Below are positions 24,978 to 36,419 of a stretch of 64,000 nt of DNA, piece by piece. Origin of the DNA: Narcine bancroftii (lineage: Eukaryota); assembly GCF_036971445.1 (NCBI RefSeq), contig NW_027211801.1:1302001-1366000 (forward strand), given 5' to 3'. The notes beneath the pieces are model-generated. The model saw only the letters and a program-made list of their open reading frames with translations, did no database searches and was not told where the DNA came from. Within the stretch, counting starts at the first letter, position 1, and each line of letters opens with the position of its first letter. Both the position numbers and the translations under genes were made by a program.

Positions 24978-25200
24978 CGCTCCGGACAGGTGAAGACAAA
25001 GCAGCGCGATTGGGTTCCTCGAACTCCCGGAGTCGCTCCGGTTCTCCCGTCTGCAAAGCGGCTCCGGAGGCTCTGTTTAAGAAGGGGTGTCCATGAGGGG
25101 GAGGGGTCAGGAGGACGCCGTGGGGCGGAGAATCACCCCATCTGGTTGTGGTCCCTGAAATGTTCTCGGGTCACATACATGACACAAGACAGACTTTTTC
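24978..25200 (-). promoter_or_regulatory. Light-chain promoter and 5' UTR
   Basis: TATA-like TTAAA at 25076-25080, GC box near 25121, E-box 25139-25144, Runx-type TGTGGT 25147-25152, TCATGTATGTGA 25171-25182. Homologous in three copies. Confidence 0.7.
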
Positions 25201-25849
25201 CCGCGGGAGGGGCAGAATTAGCACTAATGACACAGACACAGACAGTGCCCTCCATCAGAGAACATGACAGCACGGAAACAGGCCCTTCGGCCCTTCCAGT
25301 CTATCTAAACCATTTTATTGGCATGGTCCCACTGACCTGCACACAGCCCACAGCCCTCCATACCCCTCACATCCAAGTATCTATCTAAATTCTTCTTAAA
25401 TATGAACATTGACCCCCCCTCCCATCCATGACCCTTCCCACATTCACCACTTCAACTCATTCCACACTCCCACCAATCTCTATGTGAAGAATTTCCCCAG
25501 AACCTTTCCCCTTTCTCCCTTAACCTACGTCTTCTGGTCTCTATCTCACCTACCCTCAGTGGAAATATCTTACCTACATTTATTCTGCAAAATCCCCATC
25601 ATAATTTGAAATAGCTCCATTAAATCTCCCCTCATTCTTCTACAGACAAGGTAATAATTCCTAACCTTGACCAAAACATCCCAACTCCTGTACTCAATAC
25701 TTTGATTTATGAAGGTGAAAGTGCCAAAAGCTCACTTTACGCCCATATCCCTCTGTGATGCCACTTTGAAGGGATGATGTATCTCTATTCCCAGGACCCT
25801 CTGTTTACTGCACTCCTCAGTTGAGGATGTTTGGTATTAAGATGCTTTT

Positions 25850-26510
25850 TCCACTATTTGCCCCTGTTTTCCACAGTTTTCAATGTAATCCGATAATTCC
25901 CATGCAATTAAAGTGAAGATTCCAGATTTTATTCAAGGTTATTTTTACACATTTTGTTTTGACCAGGGAGAAATTACAGCCCTTAGTTGCGTCATTTCAG
26001 GGAACCATAACATTTGGGACATTTGGCTTCACAGCTGTGTGTTAGAACTCAGGTGTATTTAATTGCTTCATTGGTGCAGGTACAAATGAGCGAGGCTTGC
26101 TCTAATCATTTGGAGTCTGTGGTTGCCATCTTTCTACACGAGGACCAAAGTTGAGCCAATGAAAGTTAAAGAAGCCGGTAAACCAGAATAAAACACTGAG
26201 AAACATCGTAAAACCTTAGTCTCCTGTGGACAGTCGTCATTGACGTATCCAGACTTGCCTCCTGAAGAGTGTTTCTGATCTGTCCGACAGGAGTTTGTGG
26301 ACTTTTCTTCATTCTGCTGAGATTTCTTCTGTCATCAAGAGTGGAGGTTTTCCTTGGTCGACCAGTCCCATTGCTATGACTGAGATCACCAGGACCCTAT
26401 TTCTTTTTAATCATTCTGGTCATCCTAAGGTTTGGGCGATGTCCCTTACTGTTTTATTCTGGTTTTTCACCCTCACAGGTACTTCTTTGACTCTCATTGG
26501 CACATGTTTG
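25850..26510. mobile_element. Internally deleted Tc1/mariner-like DNA transposon remnant (paralog ~37380-38090)
   Basis: Decayed transposase N-terminus (..RTKVEPMKVKEA / IMRLENQNKTVR) joined to an inverted transposase fragment. Confidence 0.55.
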
Positions 26511-29500
26511 TGACAATAAATCATGATTCTGGCTGATTTCTCTCCACAGGTACTACTTTGGTGCCAGCAACCCTCTATTTATTCATTTATTTATTTTGCA
26601 ATTCATCAGGTGGCTTTTAACAACGTGGACATAATTAACAAAAAGATATCAACACTCTCAGTTCCAGCCATGTAAACTTTTCAGGAGTTCAGGGACTTGA
26701 ATATTGGCCTTCAGTGTTGGAGGGATTGAATTTTGGAGCAGTCAGGTTGTGTTGTCTGGTGAGGCTGCATCTGGAGAATTGCCCCAGTTCTCATCTCTTA
26801 ACTTGAGTAAGGATTAATTGGTTCTGGAGGCGGTGAAGAGGAGATTCAGCAGGTTGGCCTTTGAAGTCATCTGGAATTGCACTCACTGGAATTTAGGTGA
26901 ATGACAGTGGATCTAATAGAAATGTCTAAAATTATGAAAGGCATAGATAAGATAGAGGTAGGTAAGTTGTTTCCATTGGTGGGGAAAGATCAGAACATGG
27001 GCACTTAACGCAAGATTCAGGGGAGTAGAGTTAGGACATTGATTTGGAGGAACTCCCTTTCCCCGAGATTGGGGAATCTGTGGAATTCACTGCCCATTGA
27101 AGCATTCGAGGTGACTTCAGTAAATATATTGAAGGCAAAGTTGTGTACAATTTTACATAATAGGGGAATTAAGGGATTTGAGGAAAAGGCAGGTTGGTGG
27201 AGATGAGCCCATCATCAGTTCAGTCAAAAGGTTTGATGTATCTGGGACTTGTTCCCTCCTCCCTCACCCTCAGGCCTAGTCAGGCAATGGTTTCCAGGTT
27301 TGAAAAGACAGCTGCCTTTTGTGGTTCTCATTAGCTCCCTCTGGGACGCTGGCGGTGTTGTCCGAGCCTTTATTTAGCTGCCACTACACAAATCTACACT
27401 GTTTTTAATCATGCAGGCAGGTGTTGTGGTCACTTGGCTCTAGCAGTTGTTGAGAGGGCAGGGAGGAGACAGAAAGGGAGAGAGTGCTGATGTGGGGCAG
27501 CACGTTTATAATTCTGGAATCATTAATGCTCCACCATTTACTGCAAGGCTCTGGGTGAAGGTATTAAAGATAAACATAACAGTTCTGAGGCCATTCAAGT
27601 ACTGAACTTCAGTCTGGGAGCAAAGGCCGAGAGGGAGGCAGAAACAGCGGAAACTCGGTGTTAGGGACAGGACAGGGGCAGTGATTGCGTGGTTGTAATG
27701 GGCCGAAAAGCCATTAAAGTGGTAGCAGATTATTGCTTCTCAGACTGGAGGCCTGTGACTAGTTGTGTGTCTCAGGTATCAAGGCTGGACCCATTGCTGT
27801 TGGTTTTTCTTTGACTATTTGATTAAAAATTTTAAAACCACAACATTAAGTCAATAATGAATTTTACATATATATGCATATATATATAAGACAATACATG
27901 TGGTATATATACTAATCCCTACTCCCTCCCCAACACCCACCTCCCTTCCAATACTCTTCAGAAAGAAAGATGTCAGAGATTATGAATGAATATATGTTCA
28001 AATTAACCCCTGTGAAACCGAGTCCCACCAAGAGGATGAGCTGTTGAGAGCTGAAATTTTCAAAAACACTTGTTGTAAATATGGGCTCCATATTTATGGG
28101 GTCCTTAATATTTATCACTTAAATTCTAAGTTAACCTTTGAAGAGGAAAGCAGGATCTCATTTCAGTATGTTATCTCTGCATCCACAAATCCGTATCAGA
28201 CTTCCAAGTAATAGCAAGTTGTAAAAATTCAATTTGATAAATGTTTTACCTTAATGTTAAACTAAACATTTTAATATATCCTAATAGAAATAACTTTAGG
28301 TCTAATGGAAGTTTAACCTTTAACACTTTCTCTCAACATGCTTTAATACACGGCCAAGTCGAGTGAACAAATGAACCTATGATGTCTCAAACATAATTCA
28401 TAAGAAATTCAATTAAATATTTTTAATTTTTCAGGTGTTAAATATAATTGATCTAAAAAGTTATATTGTTCTAATCTGCATCTTGCATTGATGATTTTAG
28501 TCATATTATCTATACATAACATTCTCCAATCATCTTGATCTATTATCCTACCTAAATCAGTTTCCCACTTTAATCTTGATCTACAAATATCTGATTTAGA
28601 CATTTTCCTTTGAAGTAATTTAGACATTTCTGAAATAAATTTCTTAATACTCTCTTTAGTAAGTAAAATTTCTACCTCAGACTGGCAAGGTAATCTTAAA
28701 CTTTGACCTAATTTATCAATTAATAAAGTTTTAATGTGATAACAAAAAGGTATTATTTTTAGTTGAAAAGAAATATAATAACCAACTTCAAATCAACTTT
28801 CTATCATTTGAATCCCTATTTGATTCCTATCTTTATAAATTGATTATTAACAGTCAAAATAAAAAAATTATTTTGATATAAAGTTGTTTTACATGAAATC
28901 TAACCTTTCCCACCTATTTCATAATCTATTTTATTCCATAATTCAATTAAAAATTTCAGTATTAGTGGGTCCTTACTTCAATTAAAATTCCATTAATAAA
29001 TCTGAACTGAGCAGCGTTATAATAATTTGGAAAAGTGGAAGCTGTAAAATGTCGCACTGCTAAAGGCAGAGCTGCTGAATTAAATGCTGTCCACACCAAG
29101 CACGTAAACCAGTATCTGCCATTTATTCAAACCACGCGCGTTCCTTTTTAGTGGGGGCGAGAGGGGCAACAGGCTCATGGGGGTGATGTCATAATGCAGC
29201 TGTAAGGCCTGGTCATTCCCCTGGCAACGTGCTCCTGCAGCCTGGAACTTCAGTGCGGTGGGAATCAAGTCTCTGTGCTCTCCCGTGTTGGTTGTTTGCT
29301 GCAGTGATTTGGCCAGTCATGTGTGTGTTTGACCTGGCTCACTACAGGACCCAGTGATTGAAATTTCCAAATTAATTTCTCTAAGGAAATTCTTACCATT
29401 TTACCTTTCTAATTAAACAGATCCTTAAAATGTTTTGATGTATATTGTAAGGAATGGATTGAGAAAGATATTGAATGCTTGGGAAAATATTCATCTTGAT

Positions 29501-29659
29501 ATAATTCACTCTTCCTATTAAAGTGATAGGTAAATAATTCCATCTATTCAAATCATCTTTAATTTTATTAAATAATGGTAAATAATTCAACTAATATAAA
29601 ATATCCAAATTTTATACATTTTAATTCCCAAATATTTAATTCCTTTCCCATATCACCAT

Positions 29660-31433
29660 ATGCACCAATTACAGTATGGAAACAGGTGATATCAGCCCCT
29701 CTCATCCACACCGATTTAAGTGATCTCTTCTTGTCCCACCCACCCACTCCCTGTCCAGAACCCTCCAATCCCCTCACATCCAAGCACTCATTCAACCTTC
29801 TCTTAAATGACAACATTGGTCCTGCTGCAACCACTCAGCCCCCACTCTCTGAGTGAAGAAGCTTCCTCTCATGTTACTCCTAAACTTTTGCCCCCAACCC
29901 ATAAATTATGACTCCTCGTTCCAATCTCACCGACCCTCAAGGGGAAGAGCCTATTCACATCTACTCTGTCTGTCCCCATCATAATTTTAAATACCTCTAT
30001 CAAATCCTCCCTCAACTTTCTATGCTCCGATGAATAAAGACCCAGTCAACTCAATCATTCTTTGTATTCTAGATACTGCAATCCAGGCAACATTTTAGTA
30101 AATCTTCTCTGAACTCTCTCTATCTTATTGATATCCTTCCTATAATTTGGGGCCCACAACTGCACACACTATTCCAAATTTGGCCTCACCAATGCCTTGA
30201 ACAGTCTGTCTTGGGTAAACTTATACCTCTCATTTTGTTCGTTTTAGATTGGTCACAGTGTTTGAGCTACCGAAAGAATATAGACACACACACCGAGAGC
30301 AGTTCAGTTTATACAAATGTTTATTACAAATTCAAAAGCTGATTTCACACTACAATATGCAAGCCCTTCCCAACTATACTTATCAACGCTTGGACTGGTC
30401 CCAACTGCCGAAGTGAGGCAACGACTGCACACTTGTCGTTGGTTGTCAGGACGCCAGTAGCAACTTCTCCACCTCCCCTGACCGGGACGTTGGCTGGACT
30501 CCAGATGTTCTTCTTCTTGCTGAGAGATGTTGCCACCTCTCGGAGAGTCTCAAACTTCAGCAGCGGGACCATGACTTATATTACCCAAAAACTGCTTACC
30601 CAAGCACCTATTCCCAGCACAGCAAGAAAGATAAGCAAGCAAGCTAGCATGCTAGGCTTCTAACGAATAACATAACTTTCAGCTTATCACTTTGAATACA
30701 ATGGTTTATTTTGCATCAAGGCAAGGCCTCTGACTGTCTGTGACCAAAACAAGCAGGAAGATTAAATGTTCTTGGTACACAGATGTCCTTTCGTCAGATA
30801 ACAGCATCTCTGGCCCTTTGGTGGAATTTAGCTTATGTCTGCTGAATCTAAAACACAAGCAGGTTCTCAGCCTTCCAGACACCAGAGCTGCAAGTTTAAA
30901 AAAAAAACAGGTTAGAATCTTCCATTACACAGTCTTAATACCACCTCCCAGATCCTATATTCTCTGCTTTGATTTATAAAGGCCAGCATGCCAAAAACCA
31001 TCTTTACCACCCTCTTTACATGAGAATCCATTTTCAAAGAACAATGAAGCATTATTCCAAGATCTCTTTGTTCCTCTGCATTCCTCAATGCCCTCCCCTT
31101 CACTGCATATTTCCTGTTTTGATTATTCTTCCCATAATGAAGTACTTCACACTTATCCATAGTAAACTCCATCTGCCATCTTTCAGCCCACTCTTCTAAA
31201 CAGTCCAAATCCTTCTGCAGTTCCCAAAAACCCTATTTTTGTATCATCTTCATCTTTATTAACCCCAATTTTCCACTCTATCATCTAAATCATTAAAATA
31301 AATGACGAACAGCAAGGGACCCAACAGCGAGCCCTGAGGCACACCACTCATCGCCAGCCTCCATCCTGACAGACAGTTATCCACCAATACTCTTTGGTGT
31401 CTATCTTCAAGCCACTGTTGAACCCATCTGACT
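29660..31433 (-). mobile_element. CR1 LINE fragment hosting a solo LTR and an RTE
   Basis: SGVPQGSLLGPLLFVIY, WAERWQMEF. Confidence 0.85.
30207..30929 (-). mobile_element. Solo LTR with perfect 5-bp TSD
   Basis: TGT...ACA termini, CAGTC at 30202-30206 and 30930-30934, AATAAA on minus near 30320. CR1 sequence resumes colinearly. Confidence 0.85.
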
Positions 31434-31444
31434 ATCTCAACATT

Positions 31445-32581
31445 CTTTCTTTGGCTTTGCTTCGCGGACGAAGATTTATGGAGGGGGTAAAAAGTCCACG
31501 TCAGCTGCAGGCTCGTTTGTGGCTGACCAGTCCGATGCGGGACAGGCAGACACGATTGCAGCGGTTGCAAGGGAAAATTGGTTGGTTGGGGTTGGGTGTT
31601 GGGTTTTTCCTCCTTTGCCTTTTGTCAGTGAGGTGGGCTCTGCGGTCTTCTTCAAAGGAGGCTGCTGCCCGCCAAACTGTGAGGCGCCAAGATGCACGGT
31701 TTGAGGCGTTATCAGCCCACTGGCGGTGGTCAATGTGGCAGGCACCAAGAGATTTCTTTAGGCAGTCCTTGTACCTTTTCTTTGGTGCACCTCTGTCACG
31801 GTGGCCAGTGGAGAGCTCGCCATATAATACGATCTTGGGAAGGCGATGGTCCTCCATTCTGGAGACGTGACCCATCCAGCGCAGCTGGATCTTCAGCAGC
31901 GTGGACTCGATGCTGTCGACCTCTGCCATCTCGAGTACCTCGACGTTAGGGGTGTGAGCGCTCCAATGGATGTTGAGGATGGAGCGGAGACAACGCTGGT
32001 GGAAGCGTTCTAGGAGCCGTAGGTGGTGCCGGTAGAGGACCCATGATTCGGAGCCGAACAGGAGTGTGGGTATGACAACGGCTCTGTATACGCTTATCTT
32101 TGTGAGGTTTTCTTCAGCATGATGCTGAACCAAGCCATGAAAGACCCCAACAATGAAGACGCTGTTTACATCCGGCACCGCACGGATGGCAGTCTCTTCA
32201 ATCTGAGGCGCCTGCAAGCTCACACCAAGACACAAGAGAAACTTGTCCGTGAACTACTCTTTGCAGATGATGCCGCTTTAGTTGCCCATTCAGAGCCAGC
32301 TCTTCAGCGCTTGACGTCCTGCTTTGCGGAAACTGCCAAAATGTTTGGCCTGGAAGTCAGCCTGAAGAAAACTGAGGTCCTCCATCAGCCAGCTCCCCAC
32401 CATGACTACCAGCCCCCCACATCTCCATCGGGCACACAAAACTCAAAACGGTCAACCAGTTTACCTATCTCGGCTGCACCATTTCATCAGATGCAAGGAT
32501 CGACAATGAGATAGACAACAGACTCGCCAAGGCAAATAGCGCCTTTGGAAGACTACACAAAAGAGTCTGGAAAAACAACCA
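31445..32581 (-). mobile_element. RTE LINE with inverted 5' part and 11-bp TSD
   Basis: 3' part on minus (31445-~32111); RT part on plus (~32112-32581, ELLFADDAAL). TSD atctcaacatt at 31434-31444 and 32582-32592. Confidence 0.9.
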
Positions 32582-32713
32582 ATCTCAACATTAATACCAT
32601 TTAAATTGAACCTTTTTTTGCATTGAGTATAATGCCCCTCAACCAAAAGCATAATTTCACTTTTATCTCAATTAATTTTATAACCTGTTATTTCACCATA
32701 TTCCTTTAATCTC

Positions 32714-35293
32714 TGTTGTGAACTGTGATTCACTATTAATGTGCTGTACTGACGACTGGTCCCACTTCCCTGCTCCTCCCCCTGTTACCTGTATCTAACC
32801 CTAGTTTCACACCTAAACCCAGAACCCAACTGAAGCCTATTCATGACCCCTACATGTGTTGTAATGTAATAAAAGTGTATGTTTTCCCTCCAGTCGAGTG
32901 TGAGCTTTTATCTCCACGACAATTTTATTAGCTGACAAACAAGGATGGAGATGTTACTCAAGCCAAGTTTGCTGCTAATAGACCCCCAGTCTCCTGAATG
33001 CGGCTGTGGAGTTTTCATATTGGCTAGACTGCTTCCAGGCCTACCTGAACTCGGCCAGGGACGTCTTCCATACAGACAAACTCTGGAGTTCAGCGGCCAT
33101 GACAAGGGTAGGGACGAACGGGTACGTAGTCGTCCGAGATTTCCCGATGTACGAGCCCACCATCGAGGAGCTGAATGCCCACTACATAAAAGCCCGGAAT
33201 GTGGACCTAGTGAGGCACTGGCTTGCCCTACGACGCCAATGGCCCGGAGAGTCGATTGAGGACAACGTGCTGGTTATGCGGACACTGGCTAAGAAGAGCA
33301 GGTATGTGGCCACCTTAGGCCACATCTGGAAAGCTAAACAGATCCAGAACACTCTGGCCGTGGGGGTCCACGTCAGGCATGTGAGGCAGCAATTGCTTGA
33401 GTCAAGAAGGAAAAACATCATTAGCCATGTCACGCTGGCCAAATCTCTGGAACAGGTCAGTCTCGAGAACAATGTCCTCGTGGCGTACGAGATGGCACTC
33501 TCGGGTGAGCACCTCCAAGGACCGGATCCTCCCTCTAAAGGCAGCTGCCTCCTGAACCCAGGAGTGCTTTTTCTGCAACAAGGGACAGCATCCCGTTGCC
33601 TGCTGCCCAGCCAAAGACTTGCGTGCTCCAGCTGTGAGAAGAAGGGACATTGGGTGAGGGAGTGCCGCGCAAAGGGAGGTCCGGCTTCCAGTACCAAGAC
33701 ATCTGCCCCGGGCTCACCCAAGATTGCCTGCTGCGCATCCCGCTGCCTACAGAAATAGTGCAAAAATCAAGAATGACATCGAGAATGACAACATTTCTTT
33801 GTGGATGATTGAACTCTCCACCGAGAATTTTGGGCATCACCTACCGGCCAGGAAGCCCTTAACCACACTTCAGATGCCTTGTCCAGGGGGTGCTGTGCAT
33901 CCGCATACACCGGTCAACTGTGGACCTTACAGAATATGCTCTGCCACCCAGGGGTCACCCGCATGGCTCATTTGATCAAGTCCCGTAACTTTCCCTATGC
34001 TTTGGAAAACGTCAGGTCATGCCAGGTCTGCGCTGAGTGTAAGTCGCACATTTATCACCCAGCAAAAGCACACCTGATCAAGTCATTCAGGCCCTTTGAA
34101 CGGCTCAGTATCAATTTTACAAGACCTTGCCTCTCCACGAACTGGAATATATGATTTCATTCATCGATGATTACTCCCACATCCCGGTCGCCATCCCGTG
34201 CTCAGGCACACCTGTTACGTCTGTTATGAAAGCCCTAGATTCTATTTTCAACCTGTTCAAGTGTCCCAGCTATATTGATAGTGACAGGGGCTCAGCCTTC
34301 ATCAGCGAGGAGCTGCCTCAGTTCCTGCTGGTGGGTGCATCATGTCCAACAGGACAACCAGTTACAAACCCCAGGGGAACGGGCTGGTTGAAAAAGAGAA
34401 TGCCCCGATCTGGAAGGCTGTCAAACTTGCCCTGAAGCAAGAAGGCCTTCCAGACTCATGCTGGCAGGATGTCCTCCCCATCGCGCACCACTCCATTTGG
34501 TCGCTACTCTGCTCTGCGAACAAACCTACTGCTCATGAGCTCACGTTTACATTCAACAGAAGGTCGACATCAGGGAGTAAGCTCCCAGCTCGGCTCAGTA
34601 GTCCTGCTCCGGTCCTTTTCAAGAAGCACGTGAGGAGAAGTAAGGTGGAAAGGGTGAAATTGCTCCATGCCAACCCCACCTACGCCTACATTCCATACCT
34701 TGATGGTAGGGAGGACACCATCTCCGTCAGGGACCAGACACCTGCTGGAACAGAGGATCCATTGCCTCAGAGGCCCCACAAACTACTGAGCTTTTTCTCC
34801 CCACCCCTGCTCGGGGCCTCACGGGACCTGGTTTTGGAGGAGAGTGAATCCACCTCCATTGTCGAGCTGGAGCCCTAGCCCACTAACCTTCCATCACAGA
34901 CGGACCACGAGACTCAAAGATCCCATTACACCTCGGTGCTAAGGCACTTTACCAGGATCTCCAGACCCCTGGACCTCCTCAATCTGGAAATACTATCATA
35001 AATATTTCTCTTCTGTGTCTCTTCCTAGCTATTGATGCTTGTTCTCATCATCCACAGACCCTTAATTCTGAAGGAAGGGGTGAATGTAGTGAAATGGGAT
35101 TCACTAGAAGTGTGCTGTAGTGATGACTGGTCCTGCCTCCCAGCTCGTACCCCTGGAGCCTGTATATAAACCCTGGTTTCCTGCCTAAACCCAGAACCCT
35201 ACTGAAGCCTATTCGTGAACCCCATCTGTGTTGTCAGCTAATAAAACCATTTGTTCTCCCTCCAGTCGAGTGTGAACTTTAATCAACGCCACA
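32714..35293 (+). mobile_element. Internally deleted Gypsy-type LTR element with both LTRs (32714-32921, 35085-35293)
   Basis: Paired ~208-bp TG...CA repeats, PPT gaaggaaggggtgaa at 35070-35084, gag with CSSCEKKGHWVREC knuckle, integrase (SDRGSAFIS, PQGNGLVEKEN). No protease or RT. Confidence 0.88.
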
Positions 35294-35475
35294 TGTGTTG
35301 AGGTGACTTTTCAAGGGTCAAACCTCATCTGGCTTAGGGGGATCTGCAGAATCTGTCTCCAGTGCTGTTTCTTGACAGTTTACAGACATCTTCTGTGCTC
35401 ACGGACAAAATGAATTTTTTTAAAAATTCGCAAATCGAGAAAGAAATGTCCCAAAATTTACTTGAGTTCACTCTC

Positions 35476-35513
35476 TGGTAACGACCAATATCGTTCCAGG
35501 GTCGAACACCTAT
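35476..35513 (-). pseudogene. Unrearranged J segment (pseudo)
   Basis: 38 nt: A TAG GTG TTC GAC CCT GGA ACG ATA TTG GTC GTT ACC A, homologous to VFGPG(T/S)TLIVT. Donor GT>GA. Downstream flank matches the J-C intron of the other copies. Confidence 0.88.
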
Positions 35514-35552
35514 CACTGTGCGATGTTCCAATAGAGAGGACCTCCTAAAATC
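35514..35552 (+). other. 23-bp-spacer recombination signal sequence flanking J
   Basis: Heptamer CACTGTG (35514-35520) abuts J; 23-nt spacer; nonamer CCTAAAATC (35544-35552, 6/9 to ACAAAAACC). Confidence 0.78.
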
Positions 35553-36286
35553 TCCCATGCTCCGACAGGCCGTCTTCAGCACCAATCCCTGCACTGTTCA
35601 GGCGAATCCACATCACAGAAGGAGACCTGAAAGAAAAAATCGAAATGGTCATATCACAAGTAAGGGGAAACATTCAGGTGTGTGCGGGAGAAAGAGTTAA
35701 CACTTAGACTTTGATGAGGCCAAATTTGGAGAATTACATGTATTTGGTCACCAAACTGCAGGAAAGACAACAATAACATTGGAAGGAGATGGGCGGAGGA
35801 TTTACACGGATGTTGCCATGTCTTGAGGAACTCAGTTACAGGGAAAGTTTAAATAGGTGAGGAGTGAAAAAGGAAAGTCTGCAGACGCAATGATTGAAGT
35901 TGGAACAACGGTGGGGAAACTCAGCAGGTCAAGCATCAAACTTTATGTAGCAGAAATAGCCTGAGCCCTTCAACAAGGGCTGAGGGGGCGCACGGACAAA
36001 ATGGTGAGGGGGCGGGGATGGAGCAGGAATCCAAATAGGCAGGAGGTCAGAGGTGGATAAGGGAGGGAGGGCACATCAGCCAACAAGGGGAGGGGGGATG
36101 GGTCTGTGAATGGGGAGGGAAAGGAGGTGGAGAGCTGGAGGGAAGGGGAGATGGAGATGGGGAAGAGAGGGAGAATGGGGAGTCGCTAGTAGTGGGTGGT
36201 CAATCGGCCAGGCAGGCAGGAGAAAGAATCCCGGTGATGGATGTGCGGGCTCTGACAAGAAATCTGAATCTCAGGCCACCCCAGAG

Positions 36287-36314
36287 GGTTTTTGTACAGT
36301 GCGTTCTCAATGTG
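36287..36314 (-). other. 12-bp-spacer recombination signal sequence flanking the V remnant
   Basis: On minus: CACATTG + agaacgcactgt (12 nt) + perfect ACAAAAACC, directly after CAGCAAAGT, which matches the V 3' end of the joined genes. Confidence 0.92.
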
Positions 36315-36419
36315 ACTTTGCTGGAGGGGTCAAGTTATAATAAATGGGGAATGGCCCCCTGACTTCTCACCTGGAATCCAGACCATCATAGACCACAGGA
36401 AACGCGGCGCAGAGATCAT
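36315..36419 (-). pseudogene. Leader exon (36371-36419), partial intron and ~9-nt V remnant of a split light-chain cluster
   Basis: ATG at 36419, MISAPRFLWSMMVWIP-G, intact gtgag donor. Intron homology stops near 36324 and jumps to the V 3' end. Confidence 0.88.

Larger units (their letters stand above)
24900..27930. repeat. Direct segmental duplication with ~36340-39550 (leader, promoter, upstream flank)
   Basis: Same order in both: leader, promoter, CR1(-), Tc1, CR1(+), unique block, AT-rich tail. Confidence 0.88.

Noticed and set aside
24555-25388. 277-aa plus-strand ORF
   Set aside because: Antisense to the VJ exon, leader and GC-rich promoter, with no recognisable domain. It is a shadow ORF.
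29050-29346. Possible ~300-bp solo LTR (TG...CA) inside L1
   Set aside because: Plausible, but no TSD and no second copy in the window, so not listed as a feature.
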